Of a DNA stretch of 64,000 nucleotides, positions 18,455 through 27,175 are shown in pieces. The translations under genes were made by a program, and so were the position numbers. The stretch is from the NCBI GenBank assembly GCA_963675755.2, contig CAXXMD010000003.1:2624001-2688000 (forward strand), read 5' to 3'. How positions within the stretch are numbered: the stretch's first letter is position 1; each line of letters opens with the position of its first letter. A model generated the notes under the pieces. The model saw only the letters and a program-made list of their open reading frames with translations. It was not told where the DNA came from and did no database searches. The DNA comes from a bacterium (GTDB taxonomy: Bacteria; Zhuqueibacterota; Zhuqueibacteria; Residuimicrobiales; Krinioviventaceae).

Positions 18455-18811
18455 ATGAAAATAAAAAATTCCACAATTATACCAGCGGCGGGTGAACCGC
18501 CAAAAATTATTGAAGAGTTTATTGGCCGGGTGAATTCCAATACTGCGGATGTAAGCATTGCGCGTATGAAAAGCCCTTCAGGGTGGAGCGAACCCCCGCA
18601 AACCCCCGAGTTTGATGAATATACCGTTGTGCTGAAAGGCACTTTGCATATAGTAATGAACGATCAGGAATTTGACGTAACTGCGGGAGAATCCTTGATA
18701 GTACCCAGGGGGACGCGGGTGCAGTACAGTACACCGGGCCCTGATGGCGCCGAGTATTTTGCCGTATGTATTCCGGCATTTTCACCGGATACGGTACACC
18801 GGGAAGAATAA
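18455..18811 (+). CDS. Cupin domain protein (EutQ-like)
   Basis: IEEFIGRVN, WSEPPQTPEFDEY, PAFSPDTVHR. Confidence 0.8.
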   Translation: MKIKNSTIIPAAGEPPKIIEEFIGRVNSNTADVSIARMKSPSGWSEPPQTPEFDEYTVVLKGTLHIVMNDQEFDVTAGESLIVPRGTRVQYSTPGPDGAEYFAVCIPAFSPDTVHREE

Positions 18812-18854
18812 TCGCTTTTTTATCCGTTTTATTTATCAATTTTATTAATATTTA

Positions 18855-18898
18855 ACACAAACCGCATACTATTGTAGATGCCGGTTTGTGTCTTTTTT
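18855..18898 (+). terminator. Rho-independent terminator
   Basis: acacaaaccg...cggtttgtgt followed by a T-run. Confidence 0.7.
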
Positions 18899-18919
18899 AT
18901 TTTGGAAAGGGTTTCCTTC

Positions 18920-19507
18920 ATGTGTGATTATTTGAATATTGCTGCACAGGACATGAAACGTGCGCATGAAATTATTAATGAAACCGGAATTTTAGATGCC
19001 TGGCAGGCAATTGGCGCATCCGTGAATCTGGTTGGTTCATTAAAAACAGAACTGTTGATGAATAATCTGGATATTGATTTTCATATCTATTCGGAAGAGA
19101 TTGATGTTGCAGAAAGTTTTAGCGCAATAGCAGCCATAGCACAAAATCCACGTGTCAAAAATGTTCAATTTGTCAATCAAATGGATACGGATGAAAAATG
19201 TTTGGAATGGCATATTGATTATATTGATGCGGATGAACGCAAGTGGAAGATTGATATGATCCACATTCTTAAAGGTTCACAGTATGACGGCTATTTTGAA
19301 AACGTAGCAGAACGGATTGCTGCGGTTTTGACGCCGGAAACACGAAATGCCATCTTGTCCATTAAATATGATATGCCCGATGATGAAAAAGTGATGGGGA
19401 TTTTAATATACCAGGCTGTCATTCGTGACGGGATACGAAATTATGATGAATTCAAGTTGTGGAAAGAACAAAATCCGGTTGACGGTATTATCGAGTGGGT
19501 ACCTTGA
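18920..19507 (+). CDS. Pol-beta-fold nucleotidyltransferase-like protein
   Basis: LVGSL...DIDFH...KIDM (hGS, DxD, third Asp); start taken at MCDY because 18878 lies in the terminator. Confidence 0.65.
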   Translation: MCDYLNIAAQDMKRAHEIINETGILDAWQAIGASVNLVGSLKTELLMNNLDIDFHIYSEEIDVAESFSAIAAIAQNPRVKNVQFVNQMDTDEKCLEWHIDYIDADERKWKIDMIHILKGSQYDGYFENVAERIAAVLTPETRNAILSIKYDMPDDEKVMGILIYQAVIRDGIRNYDEFKLWKEQNPVDGIIEWVP

Positions 19508-19508
19508 T

Positions 19509-19991
19509 CTACAGGTTTGCTTTTTCCAGACGCAGCAGTTCCGCTTTCATGTCCACCCCAAATGCGAATCCTGTTAAACTGCCATTACTGCCAATAACCC
19601 TGTGACAGGGGATAATGAGGGGGATTGGATTCTTGCTGTTTGCCAGACCCACCGCGCGTGAAGCTTTATCATTTCCCAGGGCGCTGGCGATCTCTTTGTA
19701 TGTTTGTGCCTCGCCATAGGGGATGTTTAACAATGCTTGCCATACTTTTATCTGATAGTCTGTACCTTGAGGATTTAGCCGGATGTAGAACTGCATTGGC
19801 TTTTTACAGGAGAAATAGTTGTTGATTTGCTCAATGGTATTGCTGAAAAAGGCATCATTTTCCTCCCAGTCCAGAGATATACTGAATTCTCTTTTGCTCT
19901 TGTTTGAATCGAGATGTAAGTGCTGCAGTCCTTGCTCATCTCCCACCAGTGTGATTCTATATAATGGGGATTGAAATGTTGTATAATACAC
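19509..19991 (-). CDS. ogt: Methylated-DNA-protein-cysteine methyltransferase
   Basis: IPYGE..TY, RAVG.AN..NP, IPCHRV active site. Confidence 0.93.
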   Translation of the reverse strand: MYYTTFQSPLYRITLVGDEQGLQHLHLDSNKSKREFSISLDWEENDAFFSNTIEQINNYFSCKKPMQFYIRLNPQGTDYQIKVWQALLNIPYGEAQTYKEIASALGNDKASRAVGLANSKNPIPLIIPCHRVIGSNGSLTGFAFGVDMKAELLRLEKANL

Positions 19992-20006
19992 GGTTCCTCC
20001 TTTATA

Positions 20007-21461
20007 TCAAGAATTCCATAAACATAGCGCGGCATATGCCCGGTAAGGACGCCATTGTTCCGCAAGAGAGTTGATCTCTTTGATGGATGGTTTTGTACCG
20101 TCAGCAGCCAGTGCTTTTATAACTCCCAAATCGCCTGCCGGAAAGCTGTCAATAATACCCAGACCTCGCATGGCTACATAATTTACCGTCCAGTCGCCTA
20201 TTCCTTTCAATGCTGAGAATTGCTGATGAAAAGTGTCAAAATCCTGATTTGCAGACAATTCAAGCTTTTCATCCAGAATGCTTTGTGTGACGGTTTTGAT
20301 GGTTTGCTGCCGGATTTTGGTGATACCCAATCCGTCAATATCCAATTCAATCAGTTCGGATGGGTTGGGAAAAAAGTAATTTAATCCTTCCGGAAATTCG
20401 GGAGTAGTTTGGATTGCTGCTTTTTCTGCAACTCTGCCGGCTAATGTGGTTGCGGCACGGACAGTAATCTGCTGGCCCAGAATGGCTCTGACTGTAAACT
20501 CGAAAGGATCAAATGCTGCGGGTAATCGGGGGACGTGTCCGTTTTCCATGCCTTTGGACAGTATAGGATCATTAGAAAATTTATCGTTAATATGTGTAAA
20601 ATCCGTGTTCAGGTCAAACATTTTGCGTACACGGTTGCTGATTTCCATAAAGCACCTGATATCTGTGCTGTCTATGTGCAATTCCAATGCGGATTTTTCA
20701 GGATTATTGTTTACAATGAACCAACCGTTTGAGGTTTGCGTCCTGAATGTGCGGCTGTATTTAGAATCTGTAATGGTTTCTACACCTGCAATAGCACGTT
20801 CCCGCATAAAATTTAGAATTTGTTTATAATCAAAGGGCTTTTGATATTTTAACAGCAGGGTTGTCGTTTTGGACGTTTTGGGGGATTCCTGCAATTTTAT
20901 CCTCATTTGTGAAGGTGAAATACCAAAGGTATTTTTAAAGACATCGTTAAACTGACGCAGAGATCTGAATCCTGAGGCAAAGGCAATTTCTGTGATGGAA
21001 TGGTTTGAATACAATAATAGCTTTTTCGCAAACAGTATTTTATGAAAAGTTAATATTTTTACCGGTGGTGCACCCAGGTTATCCATGAAAATTTGGCGTA
21101 AATGGCGGTCCGATATGTTTAATTTCGCAGACAATTCTTTGAGAGAATGGTAATTCAGAAATCCCTCATAAATCATATTCAGCGCGGTATCCAGAATTGA
21201 CGCGCTGGTGGGATTTCCCCAATGGTATTCGATATTGATATCCGGTCTGCACCGTAAACACGGACGGAAATGCTGCTCAAGTGCTTCAAATAACGTGTTG
21301 AAATATACGACGTTCTCTTCTTTGGCTTCTGGAGCGGGACAGGAGGGTCTGCACACAATACCTGTGGATTTGACGCCAAAGAAAAATCGGCCATCAAAAT
21401 TTTTATCCTTGTCGAGTCGTGCCTGTTTAAAAACCGGGTTCATGGTTCCACCAAAAATCAA
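20007..21461 (-). CDS. alkA: AdaA-AlkA fusion (Zn domain, AraC HTH, 3-methyladenine glycosylase II)
   Basis: CRPSC...RPCLRCRP, IAFASGFRSLRQFN, AILGQQ, LKGIGDWT, WRPYRAYA. Confidence 0.9.
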   Translation of the reverse strand: MIFGGTMNPVFKQARLDKDKNFDGRFFFGVKSTGIVCRPSCPAPEAKEENVVYFNTLFEALEQHFRPCLRCRPDINIEYHWGNPTSASILDTALNMIYEGFLNYHSLKELSAKLNISDRHLRQIFMDNLGAPPVKILTFHKILFAKKLLLYSNHSITEIAFASGFRSLRQFNDVFKNTFGISPSQMRIKLQESPKTSKTTTLLLKYQKPFDYKQILNFMRERAIAGVETITDSKYSRTFRTQTSNGWFIVNNNPEKSALELHIDSTDIRCFMEISNRVRKMFDLNTDFTHINDKFSNDPILSKGMENGHVPRLPAAFDPFEFTVRAILGQQITVRAATTLAGRVAEKAAIQTTPEFPEGLNYFFPNPSELIELDIDGLGITKIRQQTIKTVTQSILDEKLELSANQDFDTFHQQFSALKGIGDWTVNYVAMRGLGIIDSFPAGDLGVIKALAADGTKPSIKEINSLAEQWRPYRAYAALCLWNS

Positions 21462-21499
21462 TACTGTCTATGTATAAAAGTATTGATTTTGTGAAAAGA

Positions 21500-21519
21500 T
21501 TGCTAGCGGTTTTCGGAGA
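21500..21519 (-). promoter_or_regulatory. Candidate Ada box
   Basis: Minus strand tccgaAAAccgctaGCAA resembles the AAT-N6-GCAA Ada consensus, just upstream of ada-alkA. Confidence 0.45.
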
Positions 21520-21522
21520 TGA

Positions 21523-22215
21523 CTAGAAATTTACCCCAAAAACATGCACCAGTGTAAGATAAATGCCAACCAGTATAAAAATTGTTCCGGTTACAAGGCG
21601 TCCCCATTTTTCAATTATAGTGATGTTGTTATACGCTTTGGATATGTATTGTGTACCCAGGGATATGATTATAGCAAACGCCAGCACCGGCAAGCCTGTT
21701 GCAATACCATAGACCATAGGAAGCCAAACCCCTGAACCCATTTTGACGGCAATAGGGAGCAGACTGCCAAAAAACAAAGCGGCAGATACAGGACAAAAAG
21801 AGAGCGCGAAAAGAATACCCAGAAAAAACGGTGCCCATAATCCCCAACTCCCGATCTTTGCCTGCAATTTCATACTGGTACCGCGAGAAACAAGCCGGAT
21901 GTTTAATAGCTCGAGCAATACCATACCCACCAAAATCAGCAGGGGCCCCAGTGCCATGTTGATATATTTCTGCATAAAATGCGAGAGCCCCGGTGCGTTC
22001 AACAGGCTGGAAACCAGGATGATACCCAGCCACATATAAGCCAGGGTTCTTCCAGCTGTATATAACAATCCGGTTATCAGTACGCGTTTGGGTTTATCCG
22101 CCTGCTTGCCGATAAACGAGATGGCCGCAATATTGGTTGCCATTGGGCATGGGCTAATGGATGTGAGAATGCCCAGCCAGAAAGCTGTGCCCAGCGAAAT
22201 AAAGAGTTCTGTCAT
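21523..22215 (-). CDS. ArsG-family / CcdA-like thiol-redox membrane protein (copy 1)
   Basis: LTSISPCPMATNIAA and FALSFCPVSAALFFG. Confidence 0.8.
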   Translation of the reverse strand: MTELFISLGTAFWLGILTSISPCPMATNIAAISFIGKQADKPKRVLITGLLYTAGRTLAYMWLGIILVSSLLNAPGLSHFMQKYINMALGPLLILVGMVLLELLNIRLVSRGTSMKLQAKIGSWGLWAPFFLGILFALSFCPVSAALFFGSLLPIAVKMGSGVWLPMVYGIATGLPVLAFAIIISLGTQYISKAYNNITIIEKWGRLVTGTIFILVGIYLTLVHVFGVNF

Positions 22216-22670
22216 TAGATGCTTGCCAGTAAACCGCGGGTTTCAGTCTGGATATAGTCCACATATTTTTCTTTTTCGGGCACCAGCTCCCATACCCGTT
22301 CCAGGTTTTTCCAGCTTTTCTGCTCACCTTTGACATATTGTACGACAACGACTGATTTTGTGGTAAGCTGATAATCCTGGATATAGTGTTCATTGCCCGG
22401 AACATCGGTATTGACGGTGCGGAATTCGATTTTGCCCTTGTTCATTTCATTTGCAAAACCGGTTTCAATGGCTTCTTTGGCATAGGCTTCTATGGTTTTG
22501 CAGGTGTTACAGCGCATATTGCCATGGAAATAATAAGCAACCACTTTGGTTTGATTGTCTGTTGCAGTCACATTGGTTGCTGATTTACTGTTCTGGCTCC
22601 ATACCATATACACGATGCTGACAGCTACAAAGGCGAGCAATACAATGCTTAGCAGTTTTTTGGGTTTCAT
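22215..22670 (-). CDS. ArsF-family thioredoxin-fold protein (copy 1)
   Basis: N-terminal anchor; YYFHGNMRCNTC. Confidence 0.78.
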   Translation of the reverse strand: MKPKKLLSIVLLAFVAVSIVYMVWSQNSKSATNVTATDNQTKVVAYYFHGNMRCNTCKTIEAYAKEAIETGFANEMNKGKIEFRTVNTDVPGNEHYIQDYQLTTKSVVVVQYVKGEQKSWKNLERVWELVPEKEKYVDYIQTETRGLLASI

Positions 22671-22684
22671 CTTTTTACCTCTTG

Positions 22685-23008
22685 TCAGGAGTTTAAAATT
22701 TGCATTTGTTCTTCAATACGGGATTTGATCACAATGTCCACACAATCCATAAAACGCAGGACGCAGGGTACTTTTAAGCTATAGAATACATTTTGGCCGC
22801 GTTTTTCATCCTGTACGATGCCTGCGTTTTTCAATACGGAAAGGTGTTTGGAAATGGTTGAGAAATCCGCATCGATTGTTTTCACAAATTCGCAAACGCA
22901 GCATTCTTTAGCGGCCAGTTGTTCTACAATATACAGACGGGTTGGGTGTGCCAGGGCTTTTAAAACATTTGCTTTTGCGACATAACTGGATTTATTTTGA
23001 TCATCCAT
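22685..23008 (-). CDS. arsR: ArsR/SmtB metalloregulator
   Basis: KALAHPTRL, CCVC, ISKHLSVLK. Confidence 0.85.
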   Translation of the reverse strand: MDDQNKSSYVAKANVLKALAHPTRLYIVEQLAAKECCVCEFVKTIDADFSTISKHLSVLKNAGIVQDEKRGQNVFYSLKVPCVLRFMDCVDIVIKSRIEEQMQILNS

Positions 23009-23028
23009 ATATTACCTTATTACTTGGA

Positions 23029-23065
23029 TATTTGGCAAATTAACCAAATAATAGTTATTTGTCAA
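23029..23065 (-). promoter_or_regulatory. Sigma70 promoter with overlapping ArsR-type operator
   Basis: Minus-strand TTGACA (23060-65), 17 bp, TAATTT; inverted repeat TATTTGG-N8-CCAAATA (23029-23050). Confidence 0.7.
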
Positions 23066-23104
23066 TATATAATTTCATCATGTGAGAGTGCATGGAAACC
23101 GGAT

Positions 23105-23800
23105 TCAGAGCAGGGTTATATGAAAAATATGCACCAACGCATTGAACAGGCCAACCAAAATGAAAATAATTCCGGTAATTTGTCTGGCTTTGCGCTCAAA
23201 TAGAGTCAGTTTGTTGAAAAGAATACCCATTTTGTGGATACCTGTGGCAAGCACAATAGAGATGAGCAGTACCGGTAATCCTGTTGCAATGCCATATAAC
23301 GCGGGCAGAATAATGGGGGATTGGTGCTGAACCGCCAGGGGGACCAGACTACCGAAAAACAAGGCAGCGGGTACGGCACAAAACGACAATGCAAAGAGAA
23401 TCCCCAGCAGAAACGCACCCAACAGGGACAATGATGACAGTTTTTTACCGGTCTTTTCGCTGATTGTGAATCCCTGAAATGGCAGGGAGAGCAGATCAAG
23501 CAGCACCATGCCCACGAGTATCAGAACCGGACCAATGAGGATGTTGATGTTTTTTTGCAACAACTGGGATATTAGCGGTGCGGAAAGAAGGCTCTTGACC
23601 AGCATAAAACCCAGCACCGTATAGGCTGCTGTTCTGCCGGCAGTGTACAAGAGTCCGCCCCACAGGGTTTGTTTGGGCGCTGCAAGATTTTTGCTGATAA
23701 AGGAAATAGCTGCAATGGTGTTTGCCATGGGACAGGGACTGAGAGTAGTAAGAATGCCCAGCCAGAAAGCTGTAACTGCTGCGAGTAAATATGCGGTCAT
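23105..23800 (-). CDS. ArsG-family / CcdA-like membrane protein (copy 2)
   Basis: LTTLSPCPMANTIAA, FALSFCAVPAALFFG; paralog of 21523..22215. Confidence 0.78.
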   Translation of the reverse strand: MTAYLLAAVTAFWLGILTTLSPCPMANTIAAISFISKNLAAPKQTLWGGLLYTAGRTAAYTVLGFMLVKSLLSAPLISQLLQKNINILIGPVLILVGMVLLDLLSLPFQGFTISEKTGKKLSSLSLLGAFLLGILFALSFCAVPAALFFGSLVPLAVQHQSPIILPALYGIATGLPVLLISIVLATGIHKMGILFNKLTLFERKARQITGIIFILVGLFNALVHIFHITLL

Positions 23801-24273
23801 GGCAGCTCTCCATCCATGAATTGCCTGATTTGTTCAATCATAAAGGTTTTGAATGCTTGCGGGTCTTTGTACAGATACCATACATCATCAAGCACCTGCC
23901 AGGTTACGAGGTTACCGTCACTATATTTTGCCAGCACAACCGGACGGGTAGAGAGGTTGAAATCGGTTACGTAATGCTCGTTTGCGGATATGTCGAGATT
24001 GATTTTGAAAAACCGGATTGTGTTGCTGTTCAGTTCATCCCTGAATTGCGTTTGCAGTGTCTCGCGGGTGAGGGATTCGATGCTGTTGCAAGGATCGCAG
24101 CGCATGTAGCCGTGAAAGAAAATGACCGCTATACCGTTGTAACTTTCAGGCAAATCAGTCCGGGCGGACGAGTCCGGCCCCTCTGGCATAAAGATGACAA
24201 CCACCAGACAGGCAATAACAAACAGCAGTAATATGATTTTAATAACGAGTTTCATGGATACCGGTTTATTCAT
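23797..24273 (-). CDS. ArsF-family thioredoxin-fold protein (copy 2)
   Basis: FFHGYMRCDPC; ATGA overlap with the downstream arsG-like gene. Confidence 0.75.
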   Translation of the reverse strand: MNKPVSMKLVIKIILLLFVIACLVVVIFMPEGPDSSARTDLPESYNGIAVIFFHGYMRCDPCNSIESLTRETLQTQFRDELNSNTIRFFKINLDISANEHYVTDFNLSTRPVVLAKYSDGNLVTWQVLDDVWYLYKDPQAFKTFMIEQIRQFMDGELP

Positions 24274-24361
24274 TCATTCATATCTATTATAAATAATCCA
24301 TTGTGGGAATGCAAGGGAAAAGAAGGGGTGTGGTATGGGTTCTGTCTCTTGATAAGGGATT

Positions 24362-24562
24362 TTATTTGATCCCATAATCTTTTTTTACATCATGTATGGA
24401 AACTGTGGGTGCATCAGCTTCTTTTTGTTTGGCTTCTCTTAATAGACGCAGATCCTCATAGTCTTCCAATATTTCCTGTAACATTTTATATTCATTATAT
24501 GGCAAAACAGCAAACTCTATTTTGCCGTTTTTTTCTAAAAAATTTGGATGTAATTCAATCAT
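24362..24562 (-). CDS. Type II antitoxin-like protein
   Basis: KNGK.EFAVLPYNEY...LEDYEDL; immediately downstream of a RelE-like toxin. Confidence 0.7.
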   Translation of the reverse strand: MIELHPNFLEKNGKIEFAVLPYNEYKMLQEILEDYEDLRLLREAKQKEADAPTVSIHDVKKDYGIK

Positions 24563-24571
24563 GATATTCTC

Positions 24572-24820
24572 TTATTTATATGCTTGTTTTCTATGTCTAA
24601 TACGATAAATATATATAATATCTTTTTCAATTTCAAATAATACTCTGTAATTACCCACTCGAAGTCGATATTCCGGAGTAAAATCCGTCAGTCTCTTGAC
24701 ATCTCCATGCAATTCGTCACATAAACCTTCAATCTTTTTAAAAATTTTTTCAAGTTCTGTTTGGGGTATTCTTTTGCAATCTTTTACAGCTTGAGGTTTA
24801 AATTCGATAGAATATTTCAT
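24572..24820 (-). CDS. RelE/ParE family toxin
   Basis: YSIEF...VKRL...YRLRVGNYRVLF...IRHRK.AY. Confidence 0.88.
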   Translation of the reverse strand: MKYSIEFKPQAVKDCKRIPQTELEKIFKKIEGLCDELHGDVKRLTDFTPEYRLRVGNYRVLFEIEKDIIYIYRIRHRKQAYK

Positions 24821-24900
24821 GTTTTACATTATTTTAAATGTTATTTGTTATTTTTTGGATTTTGTTAATGTATAATAATTATGTAATCCCATTGACAAAT

Positions 24901-25007
24901 AATTAATTAAAATTTCTTAAATACATCCAAGATTTTTCATTACGAACCCTCTATTCTTTGCAGAGAATCCTGTTATCTTTGAATTTTATAAATCATCATT
25001 CAGATAG
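24901..25007 (-). repeat. Direct repeat unit U1
   Basis: Aligns end to end with 26508-26615 (aattaat...caagatttttc...tgcag..aatcct...tgaat..tataaatcat.attcaga.ag). Confidence 0.8.
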
Positions 25008-25077
25008 TTTTAGTAAACAAGATAAAATCGAGTTTGCTGGGTAACTTTTAGATTGGCTTAGTTAAAAGTTACTAGAT

Positions 25078-25323
25078 TTAGCCTTTTGTCATATCTCTTT
25101 TTCCTAAAAGCAACCCTGCAACACTAATATCTTCGTCCAACTCTTCCCAATGTATGCCTGTACCATTTCCACTAAGCACATAATTTTGCCTTTGTTCTGG
25201 GTTTGCATTTAATAGACGTGGGAAATATTCCAGAGGTACAGACAATTGTCTGCCGTCAGTTAGACTTATCCACATATTATATTCATCAAACCATACTTTG
25301 GTGGCAGATGCTTCAATTACCAA
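25078..25323 (-). CDS. DUF2442 domain protein
   Basis: LTDGRQLSVPLEYFPRL..A.PEQR...GIHWEELDEDISV. Confidence 0.85.
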   Translation of the reverse strand: MVIEASATKVWFDEYNMWISLTDGRQLSVPLEYFPRLLNANPEQRQNYVLSGNGTGIHWEELDEDISVAGLLLGKRDMTKG

Positions 25324-25408
25324 GTACTTGTGCCTTTTATTTTTGATGCATTATAATCCATTATTTGAATGAAAAAAAACAGATATTCACATTATTGCAA
25401 GGACAAGA

Positions 25409-25831
25409 TCATGTTACTTTACTTTTTAAATGAGTTTGTGAAACTTGTAACCCCATAGATAAATAATTAAATACAATTCCTGCCAGTAATATAAAATATG
25501 CAAATATTGTCATCCTTATAATTGTAAACAATAGGGAGAATACTGGAAGGATTGCATCTTTATTATCAAAGTTGTTTGTTTGAATACTATCACACAAGTA
25601 TTTTGTTCTCCAAAACAATCGGATAAAAATAAAAACATGTATCAAAATTTTGCTGATTTTTCTGTAATTCATTTTCTTATTCTGGGATTTTCTGAATATT
25701 TTTATACAGTGAACAAAAAATGCTATACAGAGAATGATCAGCGAAGCGGACAATAAGAAAATATCCACATTGAGGATTTCCTGTGTATTGTCCGGAGGCC
25801 AGGTAAATAGCATTTTTATGATTGCGATCAT
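25409..25831 (-). CDS. Hypothetical membrane protein
   Basis: 140 aa, about three hydrophobic segments, AT-rich. Confidence 0.45.
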   Translation of the reverse strand: MIAIIKMLFTWPPDNTQEILNVDIFLLSASLIILCIAFFVHCIKIFRKSQNKKMNYRKISKILIHVFIFIRLFWRTKYLCDSIQTNNFDNKDAILPVFSLLFTIIRMTIFAYFILLAGIVFNYLSMGLQVSQTHLKSKVT

Positions 25832-25893
25832 TTAATCTTGTATTCGTTATAGGATTTTTTAATTGTGTTTTGTTGATTTTATTTCTGGATATC

Positions 25894-26021
25894 CCTTGTG
25901 TTTTCCCCACTTTTTATAATTAATATAAATTCCTTATAACATGCAAGATTTTTCTCTGTGGCTATTGCGACCTCTGCGTTATCTAGTTTCAACCAGATGG
26001 AAAGGATAGCATCCTTGAATT
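25894..26021 (-). repeat. Direct repeat unit U2 with a recognisable CGCAGAG left end
   Basis: ccttg..tttt.cccac...atgcaagatttttct shared with U3; tgcgacctctgcgttatctag matches the reverse complement of 3942-3963. Confidence 0.8.
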
Positions 26022-26160
26022 CAATTAATAATATATTAGAAAGTAATGGCCAATAAAATACAACCTGGTTGGAAGAGATGAACGGGACAAACGTCCCTGT
26101 AAAAATTTAGTCCGGCATCCACCGGTTGGCGGATTGCTGGGCAATCAATGGTATATAGAA

Positions 26161-26502
26161 TTATAAAAATTGATATAGGTATTCTACAATCGAATAAATT
26201 CCAAAAAAAACAAGTATTTTATACGTGTGTCTTATTCTATAAACCTTTGCATCATAAAATCGATCAATTTTAATGAGATGTTCTTTTTTAATAAAATCCG
26301 TTTTATTCATACTTTTTTGATATCTAAAAAATAAAAATCCAAAAAAAACAAAAAAAATCCCAATCTCTAAATGTTTTGTGTCACCAAGCATTATATTTCC
26401 ATAAAGAATTTTATTAAAAGGAAACGATAATTGTTCAATAATATTTGTGCTTTAAAATATTTTCACTTTTGAAATATTTTTATTTCCTTGTTTTACCCAC
26501 AT
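26161..26502 (-). pseudogene. Small membrane ORF, possibly interrupted by an in-frame TAA
   Basis: ATG at 26502 is in frame with the 76 aa ORF 26161..26391, with one stop near 26452; two hydrophobic segments. Confidence 0.3.
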
Positions 26503-26615
26503 TTTTCAATTAATACAATTTCCTTGTAATATGCAAGATTTTTCTTTGCGTTCCCTTTGTATGCATTGCAGTTAATCCTATCATCCTTGAATCCTATAAA
26601 TCATAATTCAGACAG
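26486..26615 (-). repeat. Direct repeat unit U3
   Basis: Matches both U1 and U2. Confidence 0.8.
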
Positions 26616-26637
26616 GGGGGATAGAAAAAAAGGATTA

Positions 26638-27117
26638 TCAATCCTGTTGGAACCGTTGGTCGGCCTGGCCTTTTTGGATGCGTTTGGAATCGACCTGGTC
26701 GAGCCAGCCGTTTCGTTCGGTGGGGTATACGTCGAATTGTGGGACATAGGGTTTAATGTCCAAAAGGGGGGTGCCGTCCAGTATATCCACGTCGGATACA
26801 TGCAGTACCAGTCCGTCAATACGGTCCAGTTTGACGCAGGAAATACCAATGGGATTCGGGCGACTGGGCGCGCGGGTGGCAAATACGCCGTGCGGTGCAT
26901 TATCCATATAAGGGACCACTTGCATCTGCACCGGCTTGGATTTGTGACACCAGAAAATTAGCCAGATACGCTCAAATCCGTCAAGGTCCTGCAATGCGTC
27001 AGCATATTTTTCATCAATTTGCACAATACCGCTGACATTACTTGAGGCGGGTTGAATAGGCGCTCCTTGCGAGCTTTTCAAGCTGGTTTTGATGATTCCG
27101 ATTTGTTCTAGCTGCAT
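26638..27117 (-). CDS. tsaA: tRNA m6t6A37 methyltransferase TrmO/TsaA
   Basis: GVFATRAPSRPNPIG, DILDGTPLLDIKPY. Confidence 0.9.
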   Translation of the reverse strand: MQLEQIGIIKTSLKSSQGAPIQPASSNVSGIVQIDEKYADALQDLDGFERIWLIFWCHKSKPVQMQVVPYMDNAPHGVFATRAPSRPNPIGISCVKLDRIDGLVLHVSDVDILDGTPLLDIKPYVPQFDVYPTERNGWLDQVDSKRIQKGQADQRFQQD

Positions 27118-27126
27118 GACGATCCT

Positions 27127-27160
27127 TAAAAAAAAAGCCCCGAACCGATTGTCCGGGGCT
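27127..27160 (-). terminator. Rho-independent terminator of the Gfo-DUF1080 operon
   Basis: agccccg...cggggct stem with an A-run on the plus strand (T-run on minus). Confidence 0.8.
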
Positions 27161-27175
27161 GTATGTAGAGATTCG

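Noticed and set aside
24300-26615. Canonical integron
   Set aside because: No integrase in the window and no convincing RYYYAAC...GTTRRRY attC hairpins; the delimiters are direct repeats upstream of the ORFs.
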